Shown piece after piece: positions 8,608 through 17,664 of a stretch of DNA of 47,303 nucleotides. The stretch lies in assembly GCA_021789225.1 (NCBI GenBank), contig JAJYJQ010000003.1:1-47303 (forward strand). The letters are read 5' to 3'. The notes beneath the pieces were generated by a model. The model ran no database searches. It was not told where the DNA came from and was given only the letters and a program-made list of their open reading frames with translations. Position numbers and translations under genes: made by a program. Position 1 is the first letter of the stretch. Each line of letters begins with the position of its first letter. The DNA is from a bacterium. Its GTDB lineage: Bacteria; Patescibacteriota; Minisyncoccia; Phycocordibacterales; Phycocordibacteraceae.

Positions 8608-8636
8608 TTGCGATTCCGTCCGCAACCTGGTACTAT
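8608..8636 (+). promoter_or_regulatory. Putative rpmH promoter (TTGCGA, 17 nt, extended -10 TGgTACTAT)
   Basis: Hexamer spacing is 17 nt. The -10 ends 11 nt before the rpmH ATG and no Shine-Dalgarno sequence is visible. Confidence 0.5.
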
Positions 8637-8647
8637 CCAGGGCACGT

Positions 8648-8785
8648 ATGCCACAGCGCACCTATCAACCGAACAAGCGCAAGCGCGCCAAGACCCACGG
8701 GTTCCTTACGCGCTCCAAGACCCCGTCTGGCCGCAAGACGATCCTTCGTCGTGCTCGCAAGGGTCGCGCAAAACTCGCCGTCTAG
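8648..8785 (+). CDS. rpmH: 50S ribosomal protein L34
   Basis: The internal ATG gives [45 protein letters not shown] (45 aa), the canonical L34 sequence. Confidence 0.95.
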   Translation: MPQRTYQPNKRKRAKTHGFLTRSKTPSGRKTILRRARKGRAKLAV

Positions 8786-8788
8786 CTC

Positions 8789-9097
8789 ATGTCTGCGCGC
8801 CGCAGAAGGCTCGCACGTCATGACTTCCCCGCCCTGCTCGCGGCTGGGAAACGAGTCTCTTCTGAGCATTTTTCCGTCGTCTATACCGACAAGGTGTCCG
8901 GGTATGCGGTCGTGGTCTCGAAAAAAGTAGCCAAAACCGCCGTCCGGCGCCACCTGCTGAAACGCCGCATTCGTGCGATACTAGAGCATACCGATGTTCC
9001 GAACGGGTGCGCGGTATTCGCCCGATCGGGGGCGGACACGCTTTCCTTCGGCGCCCTGGAAACGGAACTGCAGACATTGCTGGCACGTATCGCATAA
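8789..9097 (+). CDS. rnpA: Ribonuclease P protein component
   Basis: 102 aa, basic, containing VSKKV.K.AV.R...KR..R. It occupies the conserved position after rpmH. Confidence 0.88.
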   Translation: MSARRRRLARHDFPALLAAGKRVSSEHFSVVYTDKVSGYAVVVSKKVAKTAVRRHLLKRRIRAILEHTDVPNGCAVFARSGADTLSFGALETELQTLLARIA

Positions 9098-9108
9098 TCG
9101 AGACTCAT

Positions 9109-9846
9109 ATGATTTCAAATCTATTCCATCTCTTTTTCTATAATCCGATCTATAACCTGCTCGTGTTCCTTGTGCACCTCATCCCGGGCGGCGATGTGGG
9201 TATCGCGGTGGTAATCGTCACCCTCCTCATCCGCTTAATACTGCTCCCCTTCTCCCTTTCGGCGGCACGCACGCAGCACGCCATGAGCGCCTTGGAGCCG
9301 AAACTCAAGGAAATCCGCGAGCTACACAAGGATGATAAGGAAACGCAGGCACAAAAGACGCTCGAGGCCTACCGCGAGGCGAACATAAACCCGTTTTCAA
9401 GCATCATCACGATGTTCATCCAGATTCCGATCCTGCTCGCGCTCTATTGGGTCTTCCGCTACGAAGCCTTCCCGATGATCGATACGAAGCTCCTCTACTC
9501 TTTCGTCACGGTGCCGCAGACAGTCTCGATGCAGTTCCTCGGCCTCATCAATGTGGCGGGAAAGAGCCTGCTGCTCGCCCTTATCGCGGGCGCCGCGCAG
9601 TATGCGCAGGCGACCCTCATGTTCGCACGCACGACCAAGAAAGCACCGGAAAAAGCCGAGGCAGCCCCCGCAGACTTCGCGCGCATGATGAACATGCAAA
9701 TGCGCTACGTCTTCCCGGTCATCATCGGAGTGATCGCGTACATGACATCCGGTGCCATTGCGCTCTATTTCGCCGTCACCAACATCTTCGGTGCCCTCCA
9801 GGAGCTCTATTTGCGTCACAAGCTTCCGCCGCATCCCGCGGCCTAG
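9109..9846 (+). CDS. yidC: Membrane protein insertase YidC/Oxa1 (short, monoderm type)
   Basis: The ATG at 9109 gives MISNLFHLFFYNPIYNLL... with multiple TM helices. The KLKEI...K.D...Q......Y.E..INPF motif and the conserved rpmH-rnpA-yidC order support the call. Confidence 0.9.
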   Translation: MISNLFHLFFYNPIYNLLVFLVHLIPGGDVGIAVVIVTLLIRLILLPFSLSAARTQHAMSALEPKLKEIRELHKDDKETQAQKTLEAYREANINPFSSIITMFIQIPILLALYWVFRYEAFPMIDTKLLYSFVTVPQTVSMQFLGLINVAGKSLLLALIAGAAQYAQATLMFARTTKKAPEKAEAAPADFARMMNMQMRYVFPVIIGVIAYMTSGAIALYFAVTNIFGALQELYLRHKLPPHPAA

Positions 9847-9895
9847 CACACGAGAAAACGCGGCCGGGCTTCGCCCGGCCGCGTTTTCTCGTGTG
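9847..9895. terminator. Bidirectional terminator hairpin with a 22-bp perfect stem
   Basis: cacacgagaaaacgcggccggg-cttcg-cccggccgcgttttctcgtgtg lies between convergent yidC and the last gene of the T4SS-like cluster. Confidence 0.7.
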
Positions 9896-9900
9896 CGTGC

Positions 9901-11112
9901 TTACGGCGTCAGCCGATACGCCCACAGTGAGCCGTCCTGCTTGTTCACGAATGAAAGCACCTGCTCTGCCGGGTCGAGCGCGAGTGCAGTGACATCGAAG
10001 GCCCCCTTCCCTGCGCTTGCAGGGTCGAGCACGAGCTGTACGTAGCGATTCTTCGCGTCTATGCGCCAGACACGGTCGCTGAAGGCAGCGGCGCCCTGGT
10101 ACCAGTCGTCGGGATACATGGCGGCGGGCGGCGAGTCGGGAATGCCGCAGTAGGCTGAGCTGCTGTCTGCTGCCCACACGCACTTGTCAGCAAGGGTCGC
10201 GACCGGGAGCGCTGTGGTCGCGTATGTCGAGAGGTCGAGGAGCGCGAGCTGCATGGCGCCTTGGGTGGAGCGGTAGCTCACGAGCGCCTTCGTGCCGTCC
10301 GGGCTTATGCGTGTGGAAAGGCCTTTGTATGGACCGGCAACCTGCTCAAACGCGCCGTTATGCACGAGAAACGCGTACCCGTTTTGGGTGGCAGAAGGTT
10401 TCGTGTAGACGAGATAGCTGTCCTTCCCCGCGAATGCGACCTGTATTTCCCCGAGCGGCGTCTGGAATGCGGTTTTCGGGTTGCGGTAGTCCGCAGTTGC
10501 GCGTGTGGCGATGGAGCCGTTTGCGCCGGAGACGAGCGCGAGCACGCCCGTGCTGTTTGCTGCGAGCGCCGTGATGTCTTGCGGGAGGTAGAATCCATCG
10601 GTGCCGTTTGCCGAAAGCGCGTAGGTCGCGATGGTGGGCGCGCCGTTTTCGTTGGAGAGGTAGCGCAGATAGGCGCGTGAGCCGTCTGGGAGCCATGAGG
10701 CTTCCACCACGCCCGGGATGGTCTTGTTTGAAATCCGCGTGTTCGTGCCCGAGGTCACGTCATAGGAGTACACATTGCCGCTCGGGCGGTCGATGTAGCG
10801 TACGACGGCCTGGCTGGCGCTCGGTGTGCTGCTCGCGGCGCTGTCGAAGGCGAGCATGCTCGGGACGACCGGGCCGGTGGCGATCTGGCTCAAGCGCGCT
10901 ACGGCTGCCGCGCCGCTCGCGCCCTCCTCTTGCCCGAGGAGCGCAAACCCGCCCTCGCTGCCACCCGGACCAGTCGAGCTCGCGAGCGGGAACCCGCCGA
11001 TCGAGACGCCTGACCCTGTCTGGGACGAGGAGAAGAACAAGAAGTATGCGCCGGCTCCGATGAAAAGGATGGCGACGATGCTTGCGGCGAAGATGAATGT
11101 ACGTTTGTTCAT
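9901..11112 (-). CDS. Membrane-anchored protein with a predicted beta-propeller (TolB-like) ectodomain; last gene of the T4SS-like cluster
   Basis: 403 aa with an N-terminal TM helix (FIFAASIVAILFIGAGAYFLFF). Repeated strand-rich segments contain DG(S/T)(R/K)A motifs. The fold assignment is an inference. Confidence 0.6.
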   Translation of the reverse strand: MNKRTFIFAASIVAILFIGAGAYFLFFSSSQTGSGVSIGGFPLASSTGPGGSEGGFALLGQEEGASGAAAVARLSQIATGPVVPSMLAFDSAASSTPSASQAVVRYIDRPSGNVYSYDVTSGTNTRISNKTIPGVVEASWLPDGSRAYLRYLSNENGAPTIATYALSANGTDGFYLPQDITALAANSTGVLALVSGANGSIATRATADYRNPKTAFQTPLGEIQVAFAGKDSYLVYTKPSATQNGYAFLVHNGAFEQVAGPYKGLSTRISPDGTKALVSYRSTQGAMQLALLDLSTYATTALPVATLADKCVWAADSSSAYCGIPDSPPAAMYPDDWYQGAAAFSDRVWRIDAKNRYVQLVLDPASAGKGAFDVTALALDPAEQVLSFVNKQDGSLWAYRLTP

Positions 11113-11124
11113 AGGATTTCTGCG

Positions 11125-12162
11125 TTACTGACAATACGTAAGCGTATAATCAGGCAAAGAGAGCGTGCCCAAACAAGATTGACTAGTCAGTAACCGGTAT
11201 TTTGAATCGAGGGTCGTGCCGGGTGAAAGCTCGATAGAGCCGACCACGCTTCTGTCCAAATAATCCTGACATGATTTCTGGCTGATGAATACCTCCGCGG
11301 TATCTGTCCAGCACTGTTTCTGGGCATTGAAGAGGGCGTATTGGGCAAAGAATATGGAGGTGATGTTTCCCAATCCCAAATCTTGCCGATCAGCCATATC
11401 TATTTGAACCCCACACGCTCCACTGCCTTGCATGGGTGCGCAAATCTCGCCGCTCTTCTTGCCGCAACTGTTTGCATCAGCGTAGTAAGTAATGCTGTTC
11501 GCTGCTACCGAACTTTTCACCGACTCACACACCTGCTGAGGAGTTTTTGATTTGGGCAGTTCCTTGAGAGGAGGCGGTGTTAATTCTGTGCCGATCTGGA
11601 GCGAGAGGATCTTCGGGTTGATGAGATTGAAAATGATCACTGGCGAGAGGACGAGGAGGAGACCGGTGAGCGCCATGTAGATCCTGTTTTTACCCTTCTC
11701 TTTGCTGGTAACGCTTGCGCCGCTTCCCATGAATTCGAAACCGCCCATAATGATCTCGACCACGGCGAGCACGATCGCGATGCCGATGAGGTATTGATAG
11801 AGCGAATTCAGGAAGGCGCTCATGCCGTTTGCATCGGCCGACTGCGCGAACGCGGGGAAACCGGTCATGGAGATGAACCCGTCGGATGGTTTGGCCGGCG
11901 CGGTATTTGCAGTTGGCTGGACCGGCGCAGCCGTACCGGTAAGGTTTGATACCGAAGGACTGAATGAGTTAGCATTTACAACACCCTGCGCGGTTTGTTG
12001 TGTTCCTTGCGTAAATACGGACGGCTGCAACTGGCTGGTGGCGCCGGAGAGGTCGGGTGATTGCGCGGCAGTGCCGGCTGCGAAAGCGTGCGTGCCACCA
12101 AGCAGCAGTGCGATACCGAGTGAGAGATAGCCTATTCTTTTGAAAACCCGTTTGTTTCTCAT
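11125..12162 (-). CDS. VirB2/TrbC-like T4SS pilin core fused to a C-terminal Cys-rich domain
   Basis: 345 aa with a signal peptide (LLLGGTHAFA) and a low-complexity linker. Two hydrophobic helices flank a G-rich loop (IGIAIVLAVVEIIMGGFEFMGSG...KEKGKNRIYMALTGLLLVLSPVIIFNLI), as in VirB2/CPR T4SS pilins. An approximately 150-aa domain with 8 Cys follows. Confidence 0.6.
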   Translation of the reverse strand: MRNKRVFKRIGYLSLGIALLLGGTHAFAAGTAAQSPDLSGATSQLQPSVFTQGTQQTAQGVVNANSFSPSVSNLTGTAAPVQPTANTAPAKPSDGFISMTGFPAFAQSADANGMSAFLNSLYQYLIGIAIVLAVVEIIMGGFEFMGSGASVTSKEKGKNRIYMALTGLLLVLSPVIIFNLINPKILSLQIGTELTPPPLKELPKSKTPQQVCESVKSSVAANSITYYADANSCGKKSGEICAPMQGSGACGVQIDMADRQDLGLGNITSIFFAQYALFNAQKQCWTDTAEVFISQKSCQDYLDRSVVGSIELSPGTTLDSKYRLLTSQSCLGTLSLPDYTLTYCQ

Positions 12163-12163
12163 A

Positions 12164-13186
12164 TTACAAACCGAAGAGACCTGAGCCGCGCGCTTCAGCT
12201 TTGAAGAGGAGCTGGAAGTTAGCGGATGCGCGGGCGCTTGTAGCGGGCGTCGAGATGGAGACGGCGAGTGCCTCGCTCCCCTCTCCGGAGCCTTGCGGCT
12301 GGAGGGTTATGCGCTCGCCGGTTTGGGATTTTTGTTCGTTTAGGTACCACGTGATCTGCGGCGCGTTCGTGTCGGTCGGAAAGCCGTACGGTACCGCCAC
12401 GAAGGTTGCGTCGCTGCCGGGCATCGTGTACGAGCTGGAGAGGGCATGTTCATAGAGCGTGCCCATCAACGGGTCGCTCGCATACACGCGTACCGTCGGG
12501 TCGGTCGGCGCAAGCGTGATGCTCTGGGAGGCGACGAGGGAGCCAGCCTGATCTTGCACAGTCACCGCGACCGTCTTCGTGCGATACGGGAGCGGCGTCG
12601 CGACGATGACGGCGTTCTTCCCGATGCCGGAATCCTTCACGAGCGTCTGCGAATCGTCCACGCGCCAAGTGTAGGAGAGCGTGTGGGGGTCGATCGGCGT
12701 GCCATCTTTAGTACGGAAGTCGGGCACGGCGACGATGCGCGCGCCGCCCATCACGGGGATGCCGGATTTGCCCGGATACAGTATCGGTGCGCTCGAAAGC
12801 GGCTCGGTGACGAGCACGAGCCCGGCCGGGCGAAGCACGACGGTTTTCTGGTAGGTCTGCCCTGCTGAAGAGACGCTGACGGAAATAGACATCGGCGCGC
12901 CGCCGGCGCCTGCAGTGAGGGAGACGGGCGTCCGTCCGGTCCCGTCCGCGACCTTCTTTCCGTTTACCGACACAGAGAAGGTGCTGTTGGCGAGATTGAG
13001 CGTGGAGCTTTCGAGCGAAAGGGTGAAAGGCTGGTGCGGCGCGGGGCTTGCGGGTGAGAGCGTGAGAGAGATCGGGTCGATATCCATGCCGACTCCGCCC
13101 AGGCCCTGTGCCATGCCGGGCATGGGGGCGACCGATAGCAGCGCGAGGGTTAGCGCGAGTGCGGAAGCTATCGTCAGGGTTCGCAT
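12164..13186 (-). CDS. Secreted protein with repeated beta-sandwich-like segments (hypothetical)
   Basis: The start is placed at the ATG at 13186 (MRTLTIASALALTLALLSVAPMPGMA signal peptide). It is preceded by a hairpin, then TATACT, 6 nt, and the ATG. The longer ORF extension to 13369 is Arg-rich and overlaps the upstream gene. Confidence 0.65.
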   Translation of the reverse strand: MRTLTIASALALTLALLSVAPMPGMAQGLGGVGMDIDPISLTLSPASPAPHQPFTLSLESSTLNLANSTFSVSVNGKKVADGTGRTPVSLTAGAGGAPMSISVSVSSAGQTYQKTVVLRPAGLVLVTEPLSSAPILYPGKSGIPVMGGARIVAVPDFRTKDGTPIDPHTLSYTWRVDDSQTLVKDSGIGKNAVIVATPLPYRTKTVAVTVQDQAGSLVASQSITLAPTDPTVRVYASDPLMGTLYEHALSSSYTMPGSDATFVAVPYGFPTDTNAPQITWYLNEQKSQTGERITLQPQGSGEGSEALAVSISTPATSARASANFQLLFKAEARGSGLFGL

Positions 13187-13192
13187 ACGCAC

Positions 13193-13226
13193 AGTATAAC
13201 GCGCCCGCGCGCAAGCGCGGGCGCGT
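13193..13226 (-). promoter_or_regulatory. Internal hairpin (13199-13226) plus TATACT -10 (13193-13198), 6 nt before the ATG at 13186
   Basis: acgcgcccgcgc-gcaa-gcgcgggcgcgt is followed on the minus strand by TATACT-gtgcgt-ATG. Confidence 0.45.
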
Positions 13227-13248
13227 CTTCGTGCACATGCGTGGATTG

Positions 13249-13830
13249 CTATACGGTCTGTGCCGCGAACGCCGGAGCGAAGCTGTAGCGGTGCTCTTGC
13301 TGCTGGGCGCTCGCGAGAGCCGCCTGGTATTTCAGCTCCGCTTCCGTATCTTCTTTGCGTGTCTGCCAAACGATGACGGCCACGCCGATGAACAAGGCTG
13401 GGATGATATTAAGTATCGGGATGAAGCCGACGACGAAACTCACTGCGCTGGTGACGAGGCGTTTCGTCTCTTTGCTTCCGCCGATGAGCTCGATGCCGGC
13501 GAGCATGAACCAGATGTAGAAAAGGCCCCACGCGACCGTATCAATAGCGCTCGCGGCAGCGTCCCCCGCCGTTTCCACAGCGGCAGCGCCTGCGCCGGCG
13601 GTACCCCACTCAAGGAGGCCTACTCCCACCACCGTCGCTCCTCCGACGACGGTGCCCGCCGTGCTCCCCAGCGTCGAGTCGACCACGGCCTTCGTTCCTG
13701 CGCCCGCGATGAGCGGAAGCGTGAACGCGAGTGTCGAGAAGAAAAGGATGAACGTGCTGAAGAAAGCTGCGGTAGCCAGCATGAGCCAGGCGCGCGTCAC
13801 AGGCATCTTCTTCTGGGGCGGCTTGGGCAT
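13249..13830 (-). CDS. Gly/Ala-rich polytopic membrane protein (hypothetical, T4SS-like cluster)
   Basis: 193 aa with about 4 predicted TM helices. It starts 6 nt after the VirB4-like gene. Confidence 0.6.
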   Translation of the reverse strand: MPKPPQKKMPVTRAWLMLATAAFFSTFILFFSTLAFTLPLIAGAGTKAVVDSTLGSTAGTVVGGATVVGVGLLEWGTAGAGAAAVETAGDAAASAIDTVAWGLFYIWFMLAGIELIGGSKETKRLVTSAVSFVVGFIPILNIIPALFIGVAVIVWQTRKEDTEAELKYQAALASAQQQEHRYSFAPAFAAQTV

Positions 13831-13836
13831 AGGCGG

Positions 13837-16800
13837 CTAGAGTCCCTGCTCGTGCGCTTCAAGGCGCTCTTTCTCTTGCTTGATAGCAAGCAGCTGCGAG
13901 GGGTCGGAGGTGATGATCTGGTCTTCGGTGTACGACGCGACGATCTTTATGGCGACGTGTTTCAAGCCTGCGAAAAAGAGCCCCTCCCCCACTCCCGATT
14001 CGAGCAGCAGGTATTTTTCCTCATCGGTGAGGTTGAAGGTCTTTTGCAACACATCTACCGTGGTCGGCGATTGCTTCAAGAGGAGCTGGATGGATGAGTT
14101 GGTGAGGATCGGGCGGCCATAGGGCGAGCGCAAGAAGTCTTCCACATCTTGGGTGATGGTGCAGACGCCCAGGTAGTATTTGCGGCCGCGCTTGGCGAGG
14201 CTGTAGAGGAAAGAGGCGGTGTCTTCGGATTTCATCATCCACCACGCCTCGTCGATGATAAGGAGGCGCTTCTTGAGATTGCGGCGGATCGCGTTCCAGA
14301 TGTAGTGCGAAATGATGTACATAGCCACCGGCTTGAGCTCGTCTTCCATGTCACGCACGGAGAAGACGACGAACTGGCGGTTGATGTCGATGTTCGTCGC
14401 CTGGTTGATGAAGCCCGACCACGAGCCGCTCGTGTACTTGGCGAGGCGCTCCACCAAGGAATCGCTTCCTTCCATGCCGGTCAGCACGGCTTCAAAGTCG
14501 GAGAGCACCGGCGGCTCGATGTTCGAGAAATCGCTGTCGCCGGTGATGTCTTTGAGCGCGTACGTCTCGGTGACGGCGCGGTCGATGAGCGCGTCTTCTT
14601 CCGGCGTGAGGCCACCGAGCATGATGCGGAAGAGACCGACGAGCGTGATGATGTTGTTGCGCAAGAGGTCGCGCGGGTCCTCCCCTTCTTGCACGGCTGG
14701 CAGGTCGAAAGGGTTGATGTGGTGCTCCGAGGAGAGCGAGATGTTGAAGGAGCGCCCGTCGGTCGCGGCGGCGAGCTGCTCGTACTCACGCTCCGGGTCG
14801 ATGACGATGACGTCTGTGCCAAACATGAGCGAGCGCAGGATCTCGAGCTTGGTGGCGTATGAATTGTGCACAAACATACCGTTTTCGCCCGCGAGAAATA
14901 CCTCATCGTCCACAGTAAGGTCGTAGACGTAGCGGTCGCGGCGGTTTGGCGTCTTCTCGATGGAAACAATTGGATCCCAGAGCAGATCCGCGTTGGCGAG
15001 ATTTCGGAACATACGGATGATTGCCTCGATGCGTGGCAGTGCGGCAGCTGCGCGCTCGTATGCGTCGGTAATGAAGGCGCTTGTCGAACGCAGTAGCTCG
15101 TAGGAAGAGTTGTCGCGCTCACCGCGCAGCGACATGGAGAGATGTGGCGCGAAGCCGTTTGCCGGCAGCCCCATGCTGCGCAGCCCGTCTGCAACTATTG
15201 TCTTCAAAGTAGACACATCGCTCGGCGCGTCTATACCGGCGGCTGCGCAGATGGCGAGCGCATTTTCGGCACGTGGCGGCATTCCCTGTTTGACGGTGAA
15301 CCACGAGCTCCCGAGAGCTTCGATGAGCCGACGGTTCAGCTCGCGATTCTCGGCCGCTTTTGCAACTATGGACTCGATTGTCGGCAGGTCGGCGAGCGTC
15401 TCCATGAGCGGCCGCATGTTGCGGAAGCGTTGCACACGCGCTTCGAGCGCATCCGTAAGGCGCGCAAGGCGTTTGGGCGAGAAGTTATGCCCCTGGCGAA
15501 GAGCGGAAAACTCAGGCATGTTCCCGAGCTGCGATCCGAACACGTCGGCGAGCTCGTCGGCGAGCGGTGCGAGGCCAGGGATACTATCGACGTTCGTGTT
15601 GGCGGTCTCTTTCGCGAGAGAAGCGAGGGCGGCTTTTTTGCGTGCAGAGACGAATCCGATGTGTGCCTCGAACGCGCGGAGATACTCTTGTCCCGAAATG
15701 GACAGCTGCCAGAAGGTTCGCTTCCGGCCGGTGACGGCGTAGCGCTTCTCGCGTTTATGAACACGCGCGACGATGCCGAAGTAGTAGAGGAGGTACGCGA
15801 TACCGGAGAGAAGTTCGCGAGACTTGGATACAGCGGTAATCGCTGCGCCGTCTATACCGCCATCCCCTTCGAAGTACGCGCGCAGGTAGGCAGCAACCGT
15901 TTCTGTAGGTGCGGAAAAGAGTGTGCCAGGCACCGATTTTGTTGCCGAGTATCCATGAACTCCGAGCGCCCGCGCAAGCGTGATACACGGCACGTCGCCG
16001 CTCGCAACTGCGCGGTCTACGCGGTAGTGCCCCACGCCGAGTGTGCCAAACGCACGCTCGATATCGGCGACAACCTCGGCATCCGTATTTGTGACGATTG
16101 CGGCGCGGTCAGTCACGGTCCCTTCGGAGGAAAGGTAGCCCAACAGTGTGCCGAGCGCTTCGGAAAGCGGCAGGAGCGCGGGCAGGCGACTCTTGCCGCT
16201 CGCGGTGGTGAGTGTGAGCGAGTGCGCGAGAGTGTCATCGGGCGCGATGCCGAGCTGCGCGAGGAGCCCGAGAAGATAGCCGATCGGCATGCGCCGGCCT
16301 GCTTCGTAGTGGTAGAGATACGGGTCGAGTCTCGCATCGACGGGTGCGGCCGTGCGGGCTTTGCGCGCGCGCCGATAGGCGCGCGCGATTTCTTCCGCGC
16401 CGAGCACGTAGATACGCGGGTTCTTTGCAAACGCAGGAAGCGAGAGAAGGTTCAGCGCGCGCGTCGGCTCGGTCGGCCCGGATACTCGTCGCGGCAGCGG
16501 GACATTCTCACCCACGGCGATGTCCGCACTCTTTGCAGTCACGACGCGCCCTTCGCGCAGGACGAGCATGTTGTGGTCGGCGGTCGTGGTGATGGTGCGG
16601 CCGCTCTTAGTTTTAAACGTGTAGTAGGCATCGGGCGCGTCCTTCCGCGCGGCGACCGACACGGCGCTCCACCGCCCTTTCAGGTTTTTGTCGAAACTGA
16701 ACACCTCGATGCCCGGGTCGATAGCGCCTTCGAGATCATCGTCAACCGATATGCATCCGAGTCGTTTGATGGTTCGTTCTACGAGCGGGCCGATTTTTTC

Positions 16801-17655
16801 GAGGCGCACGTGCCCTCCTTCGCGCACAAGTACCGGCTCATCGTAGCGGAGCGACTTTCCAGATCCGGATTTTGCGAAAACGACGGAGTTATAGTTTTCG
16901 AGCGAGAAGCGGTCGAAGAGGATGAGCGAGGCGTTGTGGCGGTTGATGCCGTAGAGGATGCCGCGGTCGCTCGTGAGGTCGAAGGAGACGAACGGGAAGA
17001 TCGAGGAGAGCGGCTCGGAGTTGAGCTTCGACTCGACCTGGAGCTCGTCATTGCCGAGCGGCAGCGTCGTGCGGAAGCCCTGCTCTTGCTGGAAGAGCGC
17101 CGGCTTGGTGTAGACGAGCTGGGAATCGAGGATGCCGCGGATGTCACCTTCTATCTTATCGATCGCCTCTTTCGAGTCGCCGTAGAGCGTGAGGTAGAGG
17201 CCGACATCGAAGAGTTTTTCGCGCGCCTGCTGCAGGCGGTCGCGCAGCTCCTCGAGATTCTGGTATGCCGTATCGAGTTTCGGATCGCGCACGAGCCCTT
17301 TCGACTCGCGCTCGTTGATCTGGCTCTGCACCTCGGCGACCTTTTTCTGGAAATCGTGCAGCACCGACTCGGTGTCGATGGGGTGGATGAAAATCGCGAC
17401 GTCGAGCACCTGGTCGAGGTTGATGATGGGCGTAAACCAGCCATCGGAGAGGAAGGCTGGGTAGGAGATGGTGTAGAAGGTGCGCGCGAATTTCTCGCCC
17501 AGCTCCACCTCGCGTGCGCTGATCTTGAGCGCCGCCGGCGCGATCGTATCCACCAGGTCGAGCTTTCCTTGCGCGTAGATGTCTTTCGGAAGCACGGGCG
17601 TGATCGGGAGCGCCTCTTCTTGCTGTTTCTTGCCGAGAATATCGAGGAATGACAT
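13837..17655 (-). CDS. VirB4/TrbE-family T4SS ATPase precursor containing an intein (1272 aa; about 608 aa after splicing)
   Basis: The exteins give Walker A FAKSGSGK|SYATK and Walker B RLLIIDEAWWMM. A monoderm VirB4-like N-domain (FARTFYTISYP..L.DGW) and C-terminal motifs (RGRKYYLG..TITQ) are present. Confidence 0.85.
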   Translation of the reverse strand: MSFLDILGKKQQEEALPITPVLPKDIYAQGKLDLVDTIAPAALKISAREVELGEKFARTFYTISYPAFLSDGWFTPIINLDQVLDVAIFIHPIDTESVLHDFQKKVAEVQSQINERESKGLVRDPKLDTAYQNLEELRDRLQQAREKLFDVGLYLTLYGDSKEAIDKIEGDIRGILDSQLVYTKPALFQQEQGFRTTLPLGNDELQVESKLNSEPLSSIFPFVSFDLTSDRGILYGINRHNASLILFDRFSLENYNSVVFAKSGSGKSLRYDEPVLVREGGHVRLEKIGPLVERTIKRLGCISVDDDLEGAIDPGIEVFSFDKNLKGRWSAVSVAARKDAPDAYYTFKTKSGRTITTTADHNMLVLREGRVVTAKSADIAVGENVPLPRRVSGPTEPTRALNLLSLPAFAKNPRIYVLGAEEIARAYRRARKARTAAPVDARLDPYLYHYEAGRRMPIGYLLGLLAQLGIAPDDTLAHSLTLTTASGKSRLPALLPLSEALGTLLGYLSSEGTVTDRAAIVTNTDAEVVADIERAFGTLGVGHYRVDRAVASGDVPCITLARALGVHGYSATKSVPGTLFSAPTETVAAYLRAYFEGDGGIDGAAITAVSKSRELLSGIAYLLYYFGIVARVHKREKRYAVTGRKRTFWQLSISGQEYLRAFEAHIGFVSARKKAALASLAKETANTNVDSIPGLAPLADELADVFGSQLGNMPEFSALRQGHNFSPKRLARLTDALEARVQRFRNMRPLMETLADLPTIESIVAKAAENRELNRRLIEALGSSWFTVKQGMPPRAENALAICAAAGIDAPSDVSTLKTIVADGLRSMGLPANGFAPHLSMSLRGERDNSSYELLRSTSAFITDAYERAAAALPRIEAIIRMFRNLANADLLWDPIVSIEKTPNRRDRYVYDLTVDDEVFLAGENGMFVHNSYATKLEILRSLMFGTDVIVIDPEREYEQLAAATDGRSFNISLSSEHHINPFDLPAVQEGEDPRDLLRNNIITLVGLFRIMLGGLTPEEDALIDRAVTETYALKDITGDSDFSNIEPPVLSDFEAVLTGMEGSDSLVERLAKYTSGSWSGFINQATNIDINRQFVVFSVRDMEDELKPVAMYIISHYIWNAIRRNLKKRLLIIDEAWWMMKSEDTASFLYSLAKRGRKYYLGVCTITQDVEDFLRSPYGRPILTNSSIQLLLKQSPTTVDVLQKTFNLTDEEKYLLLESGVGEGLFFAGLKHVAIKIVASYTEDQIITSDPSQLLAIKQEKERLEAHEQGL
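14863..16854 (-). mobile_element. 664-aa intein with a LAGLIDADG homing endonuclease, inserted in the P-loop of the VirB4-like ATPase
   Basis: The N-terminal splice block is S-LRYDEPVLV (Ser1) and block B is TTTADHNMLV. The dodecapeptide motifs are LLGYLSSEG and YLRAYFEGDGG. The C-terminal blocks are YVYDLTVDDEVFLAGENGMFVHN followed by the +1 Ser. Removing the intein restores GSGKSY. Confidence 0.85.
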
Positions 17656-17664
17656 AGGCGTGTG

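Noticed and set aside
8197-8823. ORFs spanning the dnaA-rpmH spacer (8197-8823 on the plus strand, 8260-8661 on the minus strand)
   Set aside because: They read through the 284-nt palindrome. The shared peptide RRAFEMS on both strands is an artefact of the inverted repeat. The real gene in that frame is only the 45-codon rpmH.
12164-13369. Long form (401 aa) of the secreted protein ORF
   Set aside because: The first 61 codons are Arg/Ala-rich, overlap the upstream gene and cross a terminator-like hairpin. The ATG at 13186 gives a clean signal peptide and has the TATACT, 6 nt, ATG layout.
15142-17652. 836-aa ORF on the plus strand
   Set aside because: It lies entirely antisense to the VirB4-like gene. 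Its composition is Arg/Glu/Val/Ala-rich, typical of antisense frames in high-GC DNA. It has no motifs, whereas the minus-strand frame has unambiguous ATPase and intein motifs.
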